DNA from: Pyrinomonadaceae bacterium
GTDB taxonomy: Bacteria; Acidobacteriota; Blastocatellia; Pyrinomonadales; Pyrinomonadaceae
NCBI GenBank assembly: GCA_036745095.1
Contig: DAIOGT010000001.1
Span: forward strand, 26,201 to 90,200
Reading direction: 5' to 3'
DNA: 64,000 nucleotides
Part shown: positions 34,967 through 45,934 of the stretch, in pieces
Layout of the letters: every line of letters starts with the position of its first letter
Numbering within the stretch: the first letter of the stretch is position 1
Notes under the pieces: model-generated
What the model was told of the DNA's origin: nothing
What the model saw: only the letters and a program-made list of their open reading frames with translations
Databases searched by the model: none
Program-made: the position numbers and the translations under genes

Positions 34967-36871
34967 ATGGAGACCGAACTTATTTCCAGGCGTTCGCTGT
35001 TGCAGGGCACCGGCGCGCTGGTCCTGTTGGCGGCGATAGAACACCTTTTACCTTCGTATGCCCGGGCGAGCGCCGCCGGACCCGCAGCGCAACAGTTGTC
35101 GGCACTGAGCGGCAACACGATTGAGTTAACCGTCGCAGAGACGCCGTTCCGCGTCGGCAACCGCACGGGGAAGGCGGTCACGATTAACGGCACTGTGCCC
35201 GGGCCCCTGATCCGTTTGCGTGAGGGCCAGGACGTCACGCTCCGCGTGACGAACCGCCTGCGGGAGACCTCTTCGATCCACTGGCACGGGATACTACTGC
35301 CGCCCGAGATGGACGGTGTGCCCGGCGTGAGCTTCGCGGGCATCAAGCCGGGGACGACCTTCACCTACCGCTTCCCGGTCAAGCAGTACGGCACCTACTG
35401 GTATCACAGCCACTCGGGCGGACAAGAGCAGAAGGGGATGTACGCCCCGATGATCATCGACCCGCGCGAGGACGATCCCGTAGAGTACGACCGCGAGTAC
35501 GTGGTGGTGCTCTCGGACTGGACCTTCCGGTCTGGGGTGGGAATAATCGGCGACCTCAAAAAGCAGGCGGGCTTCTTCAACTTCCAGCAGCGCACGATGG
35601 GCGAGTTCATCTCTGACGTGTCCGAGTATGGGTGGGCGCCGACTTGGGACAACTACCTGACGTGGGCGCGCATGCGAATGGATCCGACCGACTTCCTGGA
35701 CGTGACCGGCCGAGAGTACACCTACCTGATGAACGGCCTGTCGCCCGAAGCCAACTGGACGGGATTGTTTCGTCCGGGCGAGCGCGTGCGCCTACGCTTC
35801 ATTAACTCGGGCTCTATGACTTTTTTTGACGTACGGATTCCGGGCTTGAAGTTAACAGTCGTCCAGGCCGACGGGCAGAACGTGCACCCAGTGGAGGTGG
35901 ACGAGTTCCGCATGGGACCGGCCGAGACCTACGACGTGGTCGTCATGCCGGCCGCGGAGCGAGCCTACACGGTCTTCGCCGAGGCGCTTGACCGCAGCGG
36001 CTACGCGCGCGGCACCCTTGCTCCCCGCAGCGGGATGAGTGCGGAAGTCCCGACGCGTCGTCCGCGCCCGCTGCGCACAATGGAAGAGATGGGCATGAGC
36101 ATGGAAGGCGAGATGCCGGGCATGGCGCTCGAGATGGACAAGAATGTTAAGGCCGGCGGCAGGCCGATGTCCGGGATGGATCACGGCGCGGGGGCGGGCG
36201 CCGGCGGGCACCAGACGCCGGCCCCGCAGCCGCCGGGCGGCGGGCAGCCGACGCCGACTCCGCAGCAGCACGACATGAAGAACATGGCAGGAGCGGGGGG
36301 AAGCTCGGTGATCCCGGGCGCGACACCCGTTCGGCACGGGCCCGACAAGCACGGTTCGGGCAACCAAGCGGTGCCCGACTCCACGCGCAGCCGACTGGAC
36401 GACCCCGGCACTGGGCTCGGGGGGAGCGGCCGGCGCGTGCTCGTCTACACCGACCTCAAGGCGCTTGAGAAGTTTTTTGACACGCGGCCGCCGGAACGCG
36501 AACTCGAACTCCACGCGACCGGACACATGGAGCGCTTCATCTGGTCCTTCGACGGCAAGAAGTTTTCGCAGGACCCTCGCCCCGTGCACTTCCGCCACGG
36601 CGAGCGGCTGCGCTGGACGTTTGTCAACGACACGATGATGGAGCACACGTTCCACCTGCACGGGATGTGGATGCACCTCGATAACGGAGCCGGCGAGTAT
36701 CTGCCGCGCAAACACACGGTCATCGTCAAACCAGCTGAACGGGTCTCGGTCGCTGTCACCGCGGACGCGCCCGGCCGGTGGGCCTTCCACTGCCACCTAC
36801 TGGTGCACATGGAGACGGGTATGTTCCGCATAGTCGAGGTGTCGGCCGGGGCGACGGGAGGGCCGTCATGA
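34967..36871 (+). CDS. copA: copper-resistance multicopper oxidase (CopA/PcoA type)
   Basis: Tat signal ISRRSLLQGTG. Copper ligands HWHG, WYHSH, HLHGMW, HCHLLVHMETGM. Met-rich insert MEEMGMSMEGEMPGMALEMD...MSGMDHG. Confidence 0.9.
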   Translation: METELISRRSLLQGTGALVLLAAIEHLLPSYARASAAGPAAQQLSALSGNTIELTVAETPFRVGNRTGKAVTINGTVPGPLIRLREGQDVTLRVTNRLRETSSIHWHGILLPPEMDGVPGVSFAGIKPGTTFTYRFPVKQYGTYWYHSHSGGQEQKGMYAPMIIDPREDDPVEYDREYVVVLSDWTFRSGVGIIGDLKKQAGFFNFQQRTMGEFISDVSEYGWAPTWDNYLTWARMRMDPTDFLDVTGREYTYLMNGLSPEANWTGLFRPGERVRLRFINSGSMTFFDVRIPGLKLTVVQADGQNVHPVEVDEFRMGPAETYDVVVMPAAERAYTVFAEALDRSGYARGTLAPRSGMSAEVPTRRPRPLRTMEEMGMSMEGEMPGMALEMDKNVKAGGRPMSGMDHGAGAGAGGHQTPAPQPPGGGQPTPTPQQHDMKNMAGAGGSSVIPGATPVRHGPDKHGSGNQAVPDSTRSRLDDPGTGLGGSGRRVLVYTDLKALEKFFDTRPPERELELHATGHMERFIWSFDGKKFSQDPRPVHFRHGERLRWTFVNDTMMEHTFHLHGMWMHLDNGAGEYLPRKHTVIVKPAERVSVAVTADAPGRWAFHCHLLVHMETGMFRIVEVSAGATGGPS

Positions 36872-37758
36872 AAGCCTACTTACGAGCCGCCCCTACCTTT
36901 GTGCTCCTCTGTCTGTTGAGCGTGGCGACCGCCTCCGCGCAAACCAACCCGCACGCATCTCACGCCCCGAGTCCATCTCCGAGTTCGAGTCCGAGTCCCA
37001 CTCCGAGCGCGATACCCTCCCCCGCCGCTTCGGCGCAGACGGGCGGGAAGGGGAGCGGGCAAGAGAACCTGTTACCCAAGAAGGACTGGCCCAGCCCGGT
37101 GGACGACGAGATGCAGCACACCTACGTGCTCGCCGACGTGCTGGAGTTCCGCCCGGCGCATGACGGGGGCGACTTCCGGTGGGACGTCGAGGGCTGGCGC
37201 GGGGGCGACTTCAACCGGCTGTGGTTCAAAAGCGAGGGGGAGCGCGGCACCGCCTTTAAGGCCGAGTACGACATAGACCTGCAACTGCTCTACGGGCGCT
37301 TCGTCAAGAGATATTACGACTTTCAGGTCGGCGTCCGCGCCGAGACGCACAGCTTTCGCGGTGCCAACGTGACGCGCGCGCACGCCGTCGTCGGGATAGA
37401 GGGGCAAATTCCTTACCGCTACGAGCTCGAGACTGCCCTGTTCGTTAGCCACCAGGGCGACGTCTCGGGGCGCGTCTCGCTTACCAGGGATTATCTGATG
37501 ACCCAGCGCTGGATTCTCCAGGGGCGCTTTGAAACCAACATCGCGGCACACCGCGTTGAACGGTTCGGAGTCGGCAGAGGCCTGAACAACGTCGAGGCGG
37601 GCTTGCGCCTGCGCTACGAATTCCGCCAGCGCAAGGTCGGGCCGTACTTCGGCGTCTCGTTCGAGCGCAGTTTCTTCGGAACAGCGGACCTCGTGCGGCA
37701 GGACGGCGGCGACCCGAGCCAAGTGCGCTTCGTGGTGGGCGTGCGGCTGTGGCGCTAA
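36868..37758 (+). CDS. copB: copper resistance protein B (CopB/PcoB outer-membrane protein)
   Basis: ATGA-coupled to copA. Signal peptide ...ATASAQ. Motifs YVLADVLEFR, WDVEGWRGGDFNRLWFKSEGE and a GVRLWR end are typical of PcoB. The N-terminus is Ser/Pro-rich instead of Met-rich. Confidence 0.85.
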   Translation: MKAYLRAAPTFVLLCLLSVATASAQTNPHASHAPSPSPSSSPSPTPSAIPSPAASAQTGGKGSGQENLLPKKDWPSPVDDEMQHTYVLADVLEFRPAHDGGDFRWDVEGWRGGDFNRLWFKSEGERGTAFKAEYDIDLQLLYGRFVKRYYDFQVGVRAETHSFRGANVTRAHAVVGIEGQIPYRYELETALFVSHQGDVSGRVSLTRDYLMTQRWILQGRFETNIAAHRVERFGVGRGLNNVEAGLRLRYEFRQRKVGPYFGVSFERSFFGTADLVRQDGGDPSQVRFVVGVRLWR

Positions 37759-37774
37759 TAGGCGGCAACGTCCG

Positions 37775-39016
37775 ATGTGCGGGAAGTTGTCGTTGGTTTG
37801 GGTGGTGGCCACCACGACTTCCATCACGGCAGTACGCCTTACGGCTACCGGCTTGGCGTTGGCATGTTACCCCGTAGCTGTCGAGCGCGGATTTATGCCG
37901 CGCGCCGCAGCGGTTGAACGCACGCTGACAACGCTGCGTTTTTTCTGGAACAGCCCGCAAGGCCCCGAACTGAACGCGACTGGTTACCAGGGCTTTTACT
38001 ATCATTTTCTCGACATGCAGACCGGACGGAGAGCCTGGCAATGCGAATTGTCGACTGTTGACAGCGCGTTTCTGCTGGTGGGTGCGTTAACTGCAGGAAT
38101 GTATTTCGGTGCCGAAACGCTGGACGAACATGAAATCCGCGTGCTCGCCGATGCGCTTTATCGACGAGCCGATTGGCAGTGGGCGCAAAACGAAGGTGCG
38201 ACGCTTACGCACGGCTGGAAGCCCGAAAGCGGATTTCTTGAATACCGCTGGGAAGGCTACGATGAGGCACTGCTGCTGTACATCCTCGGGCTTGGTTCCC
38301 CTACTCATCCGCTGCCGGAGAGTAGCTATGCGGCATGGACTTCCACTTACCGGTGGGAACACTCTTACGGGTACGACTATCTGTATGCTGGGCCGCTATT
38401 CACGCACCAGCTCTCCCATATCTGGGTCGACTTTCGCGGTATCCAGGATGCCTTTATGCGCGCGAAGGGAATCGACTATTTTGAGAACAGCCGACGCGCT
38501 ACCCATGTACAACGTCAGTACGCCATCGCTAACCCTCTTGGGTTTGCGCACTATGGAGGGCACTGTTGGGGACTGACCGCGAGCGAAGGCCCCGGACCGG
38601 CCATCCTCAACGTCGGCGGCATCGAACGCCAGTTCTTCGATTACGTAGCGCGCGGCGTACCGTATGGACCAGACGACGGTACGATCGCGCCCTGGGCTTT
38701 GGCTGCCTCGCTTCCATTCGCTTCGGAGATTGTGCTGCCCGTGCTTGATTACTGCATTCATGACGTTAAGTTAACAGAGGCGAACCGCTACGGGTTCAAA
38801 GCGTCCTTCAATCCGACCTATCCTGTGACATCGGGCAATCCCCACGGCTGGGTGTCGCCCTGGCATTTCGGGCTTAATGAAGGTCCGACCGTTCTCATGA
38901 TCGAAAACTATCATACGGGATTATTGTGGCGGCTGATGCGGAACTGCCCATACATCGTTGGCGGCTTGCGTCGGGCGGGTTTTGACGGAGGTTGGTTATG
39001 CTCTGTCGAAGGATGA
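37775..39016 (+). CDS. glucoamylase-family (GH144-like beta-1,2-glucanase fold) protein, apparently 5'-truncated
   Basis: [14 protein letters not shown]...[16 protein letters not shown] fits the PF10091-type family from memory. No signal peptide or N-terminal conserved segment. The ORF opens only ~4 codons after the copB stop. Confidence 0.55.
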   Translation: MCGKLSLVWVVATTTSITAVRLTATGLALACYPVAVERGFMPRAAAVERTLTTLRFFWNSPQGPELNATGYQGFYYHFLDMQTGRRAWQCELSTVDSAFLLVGALTAGMYFGAETLDEHEIRVLADALYRRADWQWAQNEGATLTHGWKPESGFLEYRWEGYDEALLLYILGLGSPTHPLPESSYAAWTSTYRWEHSYGYDYLYAGPLFTHQLSHIWVDFRGIQDAFMRAKGIDYFENSRRATHVQRQYAIANPLGFAHYGGHCWGLTASEGPGPAILNVGGIERQFFDYVARGVPYGPDDGTIAPWALAASLPFASEIVLPVLDYCIHDVKLTEANRYGFKASFNPTYPVTSGNPHGWVSPWHFGLNEGPTVLMIENYHTGLLWRLMRNCPYIVGGLRRAGFDGGWLCSVEG

Positions 39017-39056
39017 CAGGAAAGCTCAAGGCAACCAGAAACGAGTTATTACGAAG

Positions 39057-41432
39057 ATGCCTACGATTGAATTGAAAGACCCACTACCTCTGACGGCCGA
39101 AGAAGTCCAACGGATGAATGCTTACTGGCGCGCGGCAAATTATCTTTCGGTCGGTCAGATTTACCTGTACGACAATCCGCTGCTGCGCGAGCCGCTGCAA
39201 CTCAAACATGTAAAACCCAGATTGCTCGGTCACTGGGGTACAACACCAGGTTTGAACTTTATCTATGTGCATCTCAATCGTCTGATCAAAATACATGATC
39301 TGAGTGTGATCTATGTGGCGGGGCCGGGACATGGTGGACCTGGACTGGTTGCAAACACCTATCTCGAAGGCACTTACAGCGAGTTCTACCCGAGCATATC
39401 GCAGGATGAGGAGGGAATGAAAAAACTGTTCAAGCAGTTTTCCTTTCCTGGCGGTATCCCGAGTCATGTTGCTCCTGAAACACCAGGCTCAATTCACGAG
39501 GGCGGAGAATTAGGCTATGCAGTGGTTCATGCTTATGGTGCCGTCTTTGATAATCTTGAACTTATTGCGGCTTGTGTCGTCGGGGATGGTGAGGCCGAGA
39601 CTGGGCCATTGGCGGCGAGCTGGCACTCAAACAAGTTCGTAAATCCTGTTCGTGACGGCGCGGTTCTTCCGATTCTTCATCTCAATGGTTACAAGATCGC
39701 TGGTCCAACGGTGCTGGGCCGGTTGAGTAATGAAGAACTCAAGAGCTTATTCGTCGGGTACGGTCATAAACCGTATTTCGTTGAAGGCGATGAGCCTGAA
39801 GCGATGCATCAACTAATGGCTGCAAATCTCGACCAGGCGCTGGCTGATATCCGAGCGATTCAATCAGATGCGCGCGAGAATGGGTTAAAGAAACGGCCAC
39901 AGTGGCCCATGATCGTGCTGCGGACACCGAAGGGATGGACCGGACCGAAGATGGTGGACGGTAAACCGACCGAAGGCTCATTCCGCTCTCATCAAGTACC
40001 GCTTTCGAATCTTGCGACAAAGCCTGAACACGTACAGCAGCTTGAAGAGTGGCTGCGCAGTTACAAACCGGAAGAACTATTCGATGAGAAGGGAGGATTA
40101 AAACCGGAACTGGCAGAGATCGCCCCAAAGGGCGAGCGTCGCATGGGGAACAATCCGCATGCAAACGGGGGCGTGTTGTTGAAAGAATTGAAGCTTCCAG
40201 ACTATCGTGATTACGCTATTGACGTTCCACAGTCCGGGGTGGTTGAAGCTGAAGCGACACGCGTGATGGGCCGTTTGCTTCGCGACGTAATGAAATTCAA
40301 CCAACGGAGTTTTCGACTGATGGGACCGGATGAGACTTCCTCTAATCGGCTCGATGCGGTCTTTGAAGTTACCGATCGAGCCTGGATGGAACCGATATAC
40401 CCCGGTGATGAACACCTGTCCGCTGATGGTCGCGTGATGGAAGTGCTGAGCGAACACATGTGTCAAGGTTGGCTTGAAGGGTACTTGCTCACGGGACGTC
40501 ACGGTTTCTTCTCGTGTTACGAAGCGTTTATCCACATCGTCGACTCTATGTTCAATCAGCATGCAAAATGGTTAAAAGTAACTAACAACATTCCCTGGAG
40601 GCTTCCGATTGCTTCCCTTAACTACTTGCTGACGTCACACGTATGGCGACAGGATCACAACGGCTTTAGTCATCAAGATCCAGGCTTCATCGATCATGTG
40701 GTTAACAAGAAGGCCGAAGTTGTCAGAGTCTATCTCCCACCAGACGCAAACACTTTGCTCTCAGTGACCGATCACTGCTTGCGCAGTCGTCATTATGTCA
40801 ACGTGATCATCGCCGGCAAGCAGCCTGCTCTCCAATACCTAAGTATGGATGCCGCCGTGAAGCATTGTTCTGAAGGCATCGGTATTTGGGCCTGGGCCAG
40901 CAACGATGAGGGAGAAGAGCCGGATGTCGTAATGGCGTGCGCTGGCGATGTGCCAACGCTGGAGACTCTCGCGGCAGTGGACCTTCTTCGTCAGCATTTT
41001 TCCGAACTAAGAATCCGAGTAGTCAATGTGGTCGATCTGATGACCCTTCAACCGCAAAGCGAACATCCACATGGTCTGTCAGACAAAGAATTCGACATTC
41101 TGTTCACCACAGACAAGCCAATCATTTTCGTGTTCCATGGTTACCCCTGGTTGATTCATCGACTTACCTACCGCCGCACAAATCATAAAAACCTTCATGT
41201 GCGTGGATATAAAGAGGAGGGAACCACAACGACTCCGTTTGATATGTGCGTGCTGAATGATCTGGATCGTTTTCATCTGGTGATGGATGTCATCGAGCGG
41301 GTTCCGAAAGTGACCGCGATGGGCGCGCATGTATTGCAGAAGATGCGCGATAAGCTAATTGATCACAAGCAATACATCGTCGATCACGGTGAAGACATGC
41401 CCGAGATCCGCGATTGGAAGTGGCGCTATTAG
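39057..41432 (+). CDS. xfp: phosphoketolase (xylulose-5-P/fructose-6-P)
   Basis: [35 protein letters not shown] and GFSHQDPGF over ~790 aa. ATG at 39057; the longer track start is rejected. Confidence 0.9.
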   Translation: MPTIELKDPLPLTAEEVQRMNAYWRAANYLSVGQIYLYDNPLLREPLQLKHVKPRLLGHWGTTPGLNFIYVHLNRLIKIHDLSVIYVAGPGHGGPGLVANTYLEGTYSEFYPSISQDEEGMKKLFKQFSFPGGIPSHVAPETPGSIHEGGELGYAVVHAYGAVFDNLELIAACVVGDGEAETGPLAASWHSNKFVNPVRDGAVLPILHLNGYKIAGPTVLGRLSNEELKSLFVGYGHKPYFVEGDEPEAMHQLMAANLDQALADIRAIQSDARENGLKKRPQWPMIVLRTPKGWTGPKMVDGKPTEGSFRSHQVPLSNLATKPEHVQQLEEWLRSYKPEELFDEKGGLKPELAEIAPKGERRMGNNPHANGGVLLKELKLPDYRDYAIDVPQSGVVEAEATRVMGRLLRDVMKFNQRSFRLMGPDETSSNRLDAVFEVTDRAWMEPIYPGDEHLSADGRVMEVLSEHMCQGWLEGYLLTGRHGFFSCYEAFIHIVDSMFNQHAKWLKVTNNIPWRLPIASLNYLLTSHVWRQDHNGFSHQDPGFIDHVVNKKAEVVRVYLPPDANTLLSVTDHCLRSRHYVNVIIAGKQPALQYLSMDAAVKHCSEGIGIWAWASNDEGEEPDVVMACAGDVPTLETLAAVDLLRQHFSELRIRVVNVVDLMTLQPQSEHPHGLSDKEFDILFTTDKPIIFVFHGYPWLIHRLTYRRTNHKNLHVRGYKEEGTTTTPFDMCVLNDLDRFHLVMDVIERVPKVTAMGAHVLQKMRDKLIDHKQYIVDHGEDMPEIRDWKWRY

Positions 41433-41479
41433 CTGATTGAAGCTGCAGAGCTTGTCAGCATCGGAAGGAATTTGCCTCA

Positions 41480-43897
41480 ATGTTGAATCATATAGACGAG
41501 CACTCTTCTGCTGGAAGCAAGTCGGTAATCGAGGTCGATCTAAAAAACGCGTATAACGCAAGCGAATACGCAAGTCTTGAGAACTACCTGAGCAAGCTCG
41601 CCGGCATCCAAGCGGTTCACCTTGATCGTACACGAGGTGTGGCCCACCTGACGTACGACCCTTCTGTAACAACGGCCGATGCAATTGCTGCTGATCTGCA
41701 TGGCTGTGGTTATAAGTGTGATTGCCAAAGTCGCGGAGCGTCGAAATGCCAACCGGGCCATCCGACCGTTGGAGCCACAGATGAAGCAGGCCCAGGCCTG
41801 GTTAGTGCAAAACCGCTTGAGACCGGCGCTCACGTCATCCATGAGAAGGCCCACCACCCGATAGAACCGTCGCGACCACCCGATACCGCCCATGCCCAAA
41901 TGAAGCATGACGAGCATGCCGGGCACGGAGCAGAAATGGTCCGCGATCTTCTGCGCCGTTTCATCGTCTCTATCATACTTTCAATTCCCATTATTCTATT
42001 CTCTCCCATTGGGTCAATCCTCGGATTGTCGGGAATGCCGCCGTTCGGTATTCCGATGGACCTCTTCGGCTTTATTTTTGCCACTCCGGTTGTCTGGTGG
42101 GGAGGATGGCCGTTTATTTCGGCCGCTTGGCGCGCGCTCCGACGGGGCGAAGTAAACATGATGACGCTGATCGCGCTGGGAATTCTTGTCTCATACACCT
42201 ATTCGGTTGCCGCAACGTTCATTTTTAAAGGCGAAGTATTTTATGAAGCGGCGGCAATGCTCACCTCGTTCAGTCTCGCAGGCCACTGGCTGGAGATGCG
42301 CAGCCGGTTCGCCACCGGAAAAGCGGTTGAGGCATTATTGAAACTCGCTCCCGCGACCGCCCGCGTAAGGCGGGCGGGCGTTGAAACAGAAGTCCCGCTT
42401 GAACAAGTTGTCGTGGGGGACGAAATAGTTGTGCGACCAGGCGATCGGGTTGCCGTTGATGGGAAAGTCATCTCGGGCTCCTCTTACGTTGATGAGTCGA
42501 TGATCAGCGGTGAGCCGATACCAGTAGCAAAGACGGAAGGTGCGCGCGTCATTGGTGGTACTGTGAATCAAACCGGCGCATTTAACTTTACAGCAACCGC
42601 CGTAGGCGCCGACACAGCACTCGCCCGGATCGTTCAGATGGTCCAGAATGCCCAGGCAAGCAAAGCCCCGGCGCAACGCATCGCTGACACGGCGGGAAAG
42701 TATCTCGTCTTCGTAGCCCTGGGCTCTGGTCTTCTCGCGTTCTTAATTTGGTACCTTGTTGGTGGCGAAGGCTTTCTGTTTGCGCTTACTGCTGCAGTAT
42801 CAACCATAGTAATTGCCTGTCCTGACGCGCTTGCGCTGGCCACTCCTACGGCGATCACCGTGGGTGTAGGCAAAGGCGCACGCGAAGGAGTGCTGTTCAA
42901 GAACGCAACCGCACTTGAGGCAACTGCAGCAGTTGATACAGTGATTTTCGATAAGACTGGCACACTGACCGAGGGCAAGCCAGCGTTGACCGACGTCGTT
43001 GCTGCAAACAGTTTCAGTGAAGGTGAGTTATTACACTTTGCAGCTTCTGCCGATCAGCCGTCGCAGCATCCCCTGGCTCAGGCGATTGTCGCTGCAACTC
43101 AGGCCCGAGGTATTAAACTGTCGGCACCCGAAAATTTTGATTCGATACCTGGTCATGGTGTTGAAGCAAACGTTGATCAGCGGCGGGTACTCATCGGAAA
43201 CAAGAAACTAATGGTGCGCGAGAAGATTCCGCTGGATGGACTTGAGGAACGGGTCAGCAGTCTTGCAGCCGACGCTAAGACGGCGATGTATGTTGCAGTC
43301 GATGGGCAAGCAGCAGGCCTGGTTGCAGTTGCGGACACGATTCGCGAGAGCGCCCGACGGGCTGTGAAGTTACTTCACGAGGCTGGTGTTGAGACCGTGA
43401 TGTTGACCGGAGATAACAAGTTCACGGCCGATGCAGTGGCCAGACAACTTGGAATGGATACCGTGCTTGCAGAGGTTTTGCCGGAAGACAAGGCCAACGA
43501 GGTCAAGAAACTCCAGGCGAAAGGTCGCAAAGTTGCGATGGTCGGGGATGGAGTCAACGATGCTCCTGCCCTTGCGCAGGCAGACGTTGGCATTGCTATC
43601 GGTGCGGGAACGGATGTCGCCGTTGAAACAGCAGATGTTGTTCTGGTTAAGAACGATCCATCAGACGTGGCGGGCTCGATTCAACTTGCGCAGAAGGTGC
43701 GCAGCAAGATCAAACAGAATCTCTTCTGGGCGGTTATCTACAACCTGATCGCCATCCCGATCGCTGCGGGAGCCCTTTATCCTTCGTTTGGGTTGCTGCT
43801 ACGCCCGGAGTGGGCCGCTCTCGCAATGAGCGCCTCAACCATTACGGTGACACTAAATGCATTGCTGCTCAATCGTGTGCGCCTTCGCACCAATTGA
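41480..43897 (+). CDS. P1B-type heavy-metal ATPase with atypical CPD TM motif, His-rich N-terminus and a Cys-less HMA-like fold
   Basis: [18 protein letters not shown]-region GEPIPV. TM4 IACPDAL, TM5 IYN, TM6 AMSAST. N-terminal HEKAHHP...[13 protein letters not shown]. Confidence 0.9.
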   Translation: MLNHIDEHSSAGSKSVIEVDLKNAYNASEYASLENYLSKLAGIQAVHLDRTRGVAHLTYDPSVTTADAIAADLHGCGYKCDCQSRGASKCQPGHPTVGATDEAGPGLVSAKPLETGAHVIHEKAHHPIEPSRPPDTAHAQMKHDEHAGHGAEMVRDLLRRFIVSIILSIPIILFSPIGSILGLSGMPPFGIPMDLFGFIFATPVVWWGGWPFISAAWRALRRGEVNMMTLIALGILVSYTYSVAATFIFKGEVFYEAAAMLTSFSLAGHWLEMRSRFATGKAVEALLKLAPATARVRRAGVETEVPLEQVVVGDEIVVRPGDRVAVDGKVISGSSYVDESMISGEPIPVAKTEGARVIGGTVNQTGAFNFTATAVGADTALARIVQMVQNAQASKAPAQRIADTAGKYLVFVALGSGLLAFLIWYLVGGEGFLFALTAAVSTIVIACPDALALATPTAITVGVGKGAREGVLFKNATALEATAAVDTVIFDKTGTLTEGKPALTDVVAANSFSEGELLHFAASADQPSQHPLAQAIVAATQARGIKLSAPENFDSIPGHGVEANVDQRRVLIGNKKLMVREKIPLDGLEERVSSLAADAKTAMYVAVDGQAAGLVAVADTIRESARRAVKLLHEAGVETVMLTGDNKFTADAVARQLGMDTVLAEVLPEDKANEVKKLQAKGRKVAMVGDGVNDAPALAQADVGIAIGAGTDVAVETADVVLVKNDPSDVAGSIQLAQKVRSKIKQNLFWAVIYNLIAIPIAAGALYPSFGLLLRPEWAALAMSASTITVTLNALLLNRVRLRTN

Positions 43898-44353
43898 ACA
43901 GCAACATAACGAAGTACCTCGCAGAGAAACTACGATTATTTTGTAATGCTGTTTCCAAACCGCGCCGACCCGGTTTTATTGAGCGGTGAGCTACGGTTGG
44001 TGTTGCTAAGGCTCTTACCTATGGGTCAGGCGGTCGTCGTGCCATTGGATGGTTATTGGCTTGAGCCATATGGTGCAATAATTCGATCACCTATCTGCTC
44101 AAAGTTTGTTTCTCTCTTTTTTGAGGACCGTACGCCATCAATGCCTCAATAATACATATTTGCCGCAGTCTTCAGCGTGACTGTCTTCAAATCAGCTGAA
44201 CTTTGCGACCAGCTGGCCCAAGATAAATTTAGGCCCCCTAAGCAGAAACGTTGATCCAAGCACTTAAAGCCCTCTAATTGAGTGGCGTCTTGGGCCATGT
44301 GACGGCGAGATCGACTGTATTTGCGTGATGTCATCCGGCTATCATGGATGGCA

Positions 44354-44548
44354 CTATCGCTTGATAAGCCTATCAACTTCATCTATCAACCGTTTAATAC
44401 CTATTGGTTTTATGCTGTAGCCATGTGCGCCTTCGGTACCACTGTCCACGGGGGCTACCTCAAAGCCCATCCCTTCGAAGCGTGAAGATAACCAGTTCGA
44501 CAATCATAATCGTCCTCCGGTAGAGGATACAGCCTTTGGGGGATGCAT
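44354..44548 (-). pseudogene. decayed single-domain response-regulator gene (paralog of 54039..54419)
   Basis: On the reverse strand, three frames together give M..K..ILY / EDDYDCR / ELVIFTLRRDG / EVAPVDSGTEGA // HGYSIKPIGIKRLIDEVDRLIKR*. Compare MSFLKGRILYTEDDFDCREMVLFMLRESGYEVTCVETGTEA...GYLIKPCGIEELATEVDRLI. There are several 1-2-nt indels and a ~190-nt internal deletion. Confidence 0.55.
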
Positions 44549-44728
44549 TGGGACTCCCTTGATCTGTCAGGCTTTGCCTTACTCTGAAGTGGACCAACTG
44601 AACTCTTGTGGGGAAAAGAAATCAAGCAAAGCCTGCTGCCGAACTGGCTGCTCAACCTGATGTAAGTGTCAGCGAGGCCGCTTCGCGGGATCCTTACGCA
44701 GATGTTTCGCGGCTTTCACCGCGAGCAG

Positions 44729-45078
44729 CCACCCCGCGTGACGTCGCTTGAGGCAACCCTTAATTGTGCGGCCTGCCACAGCACGAAAGACAGGCATAAA
44801 GGACTCTTCGGCCAGGGTTGCGTTTCCTGCCATGGTACTACGCAATGGACGATTGCTGATTTTCAGCATCCGTCTCCGCGATCAACCGATTGCGCTCAAT
44901 GCCACCAAGGCCCACCAAGCCATTACATGATGCACTTTGAAATGGTTTCCAAGAAGATTGCGGCGGCAGGTCAGGGCAGCGAGTGTTGTGAGGGAGTTCA
45001 GGTTAATCAATGCTATCGGTGTCATCAGACAACCTCCTGGAATGACATCAGGGCTTCGGTTATTACAAGCATCATTAA
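44729..45078 (+). pseudogene. 5'-truncated, 3'-frameshifted copy of the heptahaem cytochrome gene (homologous to 34018..34369)
   Basis: Roughly 80% nt identity by eye over ~350 nt. Retains four CxxCH motifs but has no signal/anchor. A 1-nt deletion before GYYKHH* changes the tail (track ORF 44666..45085). Confidence 0.7.
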
Positions 45079-45374
45079 AAGCTGATACTCACGTTAATTC
45101 ACTCAAATTGGGATTCTAAATTAATCGAAATTGCTAGCAGATTTGCTGTTCCATGACAGCCATTTTTATGGTGCCTATTAATGTATTTGGGATGCCTTGG
45201 AATTGTTTTTTGGCTTTGCTGCGGCCGTCAAACCGACGGAACTGGGCCCTGTTAAAACTAACAGTGGCAGCCGAGAACATAATCTACGATGCTAGCATTG
45301 GACGCCAACACCGGCTGCACGCTCTGAACCAAAGCGGGTGTCGCGATATCGTTGACAATGAAGGAGAGATTGAG

Positions 45375-45743
45375 ATGTGGTTTTCCAGAACTACAGTAAT
45401 GTTCGTACTCGTTGGAGGGCTTGTCGTTACTTGCCTTTCCACGGGCGTTGCTCAGAACAGCAATAGCAAGCCACGTCCGGAGACTTCAGTCATTGGCTTT
45501 ATAGGCGACAGCTTGTGTGGACTCCACCACATGCGGAGCATGGAAAACGAGACGGAATGCACGCTCACGTGTGTTAAGGCGGGCAGCAAGTTCGTGCTAG
45601 TTGATAAAAATGGCCACAAGGTTTACACCCTTGATAAGTCAGGGCAAGAGAAGGCGCGCGCTTTTGCCGGTAAAAAAGTGAAAGTTACAGGACGCGTGAA
45701 AAAAAAGACAATCTACGTAACCGCTATTGAACCAGAAGCCTAA
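45375..45743 (+). CDS. small secreted Cys/His/Met protein, paralog A (DSxCGLxHM ... [ED]CTLxC ... KVKxTGRV)
   Basis: GAAGGAGAG precedes ATG at 45375. Signal peptide ...STGVAQN. Collinear with 47245..47613. Confidence 0.65.
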   Translation: MWFSRTTVMFVLVGGLVVTCLSTGVAQNSNSKPRPETSVIGFIGDSLCGLHHMRSMENETECTLTCVKAGSKFVLVDKNGHKVYTLDKSGQEKARAFAGKKVKVTGRVKKKTIYVTAIEPEA

Positions 45744-45934
45744 CGAGCATCACGGTGAGAGACTCTACCCAGACGGATGTGGGGAAATTCGCAACGATCG
45801 GCACACGGGCACCAAAAGAACCGCAATTGGAAACGGCACACCCGTTGCAAAATTGACCATGCTGGTGATTTGAGGCTGCACAGCGTACGAAGATGAGGTT
45901 TAGCACCACAACCAGACACTCATCGCAACAGCGC

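Noticed and set aside
35852-36796. 314-aa ORF on the - strand inside copA, with similar ORFs at 36445..36831, 37072..37827 and 37481..38041 inside copB and its flank
   Set aside because: They lie antisense to genes with unmistakable multicopper-oxidase and PcoB motifs. Their Arg/Ala/Pro/Gly-rich composition is typical of stop-poor antisense frames in high-GC DNA.
36778-36867. Upstream extensions of track ORFs 36778..37758 (copB), 38958..41432 (phosphoketolase), 18648..19343 (Rieske), 17564..18700 and 16677..17666 (VWA)
   Set aside because: In each case an internal ATG with a good SD precedes a signal peptide or the conserved N-terminus, and the extension overlaps the upstream gene.
44278-44328. 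The reading ...LSGVLGHVTARSTVFA*, considered as a relic of a tyrosine-recombinase C-terminus
   Set aside because: Only the LGH tripeptide matches, and stops lie immediately upstream. This is too little to call.
45153-45374. 74-codon N-terminal extension of track ORF 45153..45743
   Set aside because: A strong SD (GAAGGAGAG), an ATG at 45375 and a signal peptide define the real start, and the paralog 47245..47613 has no such extension.
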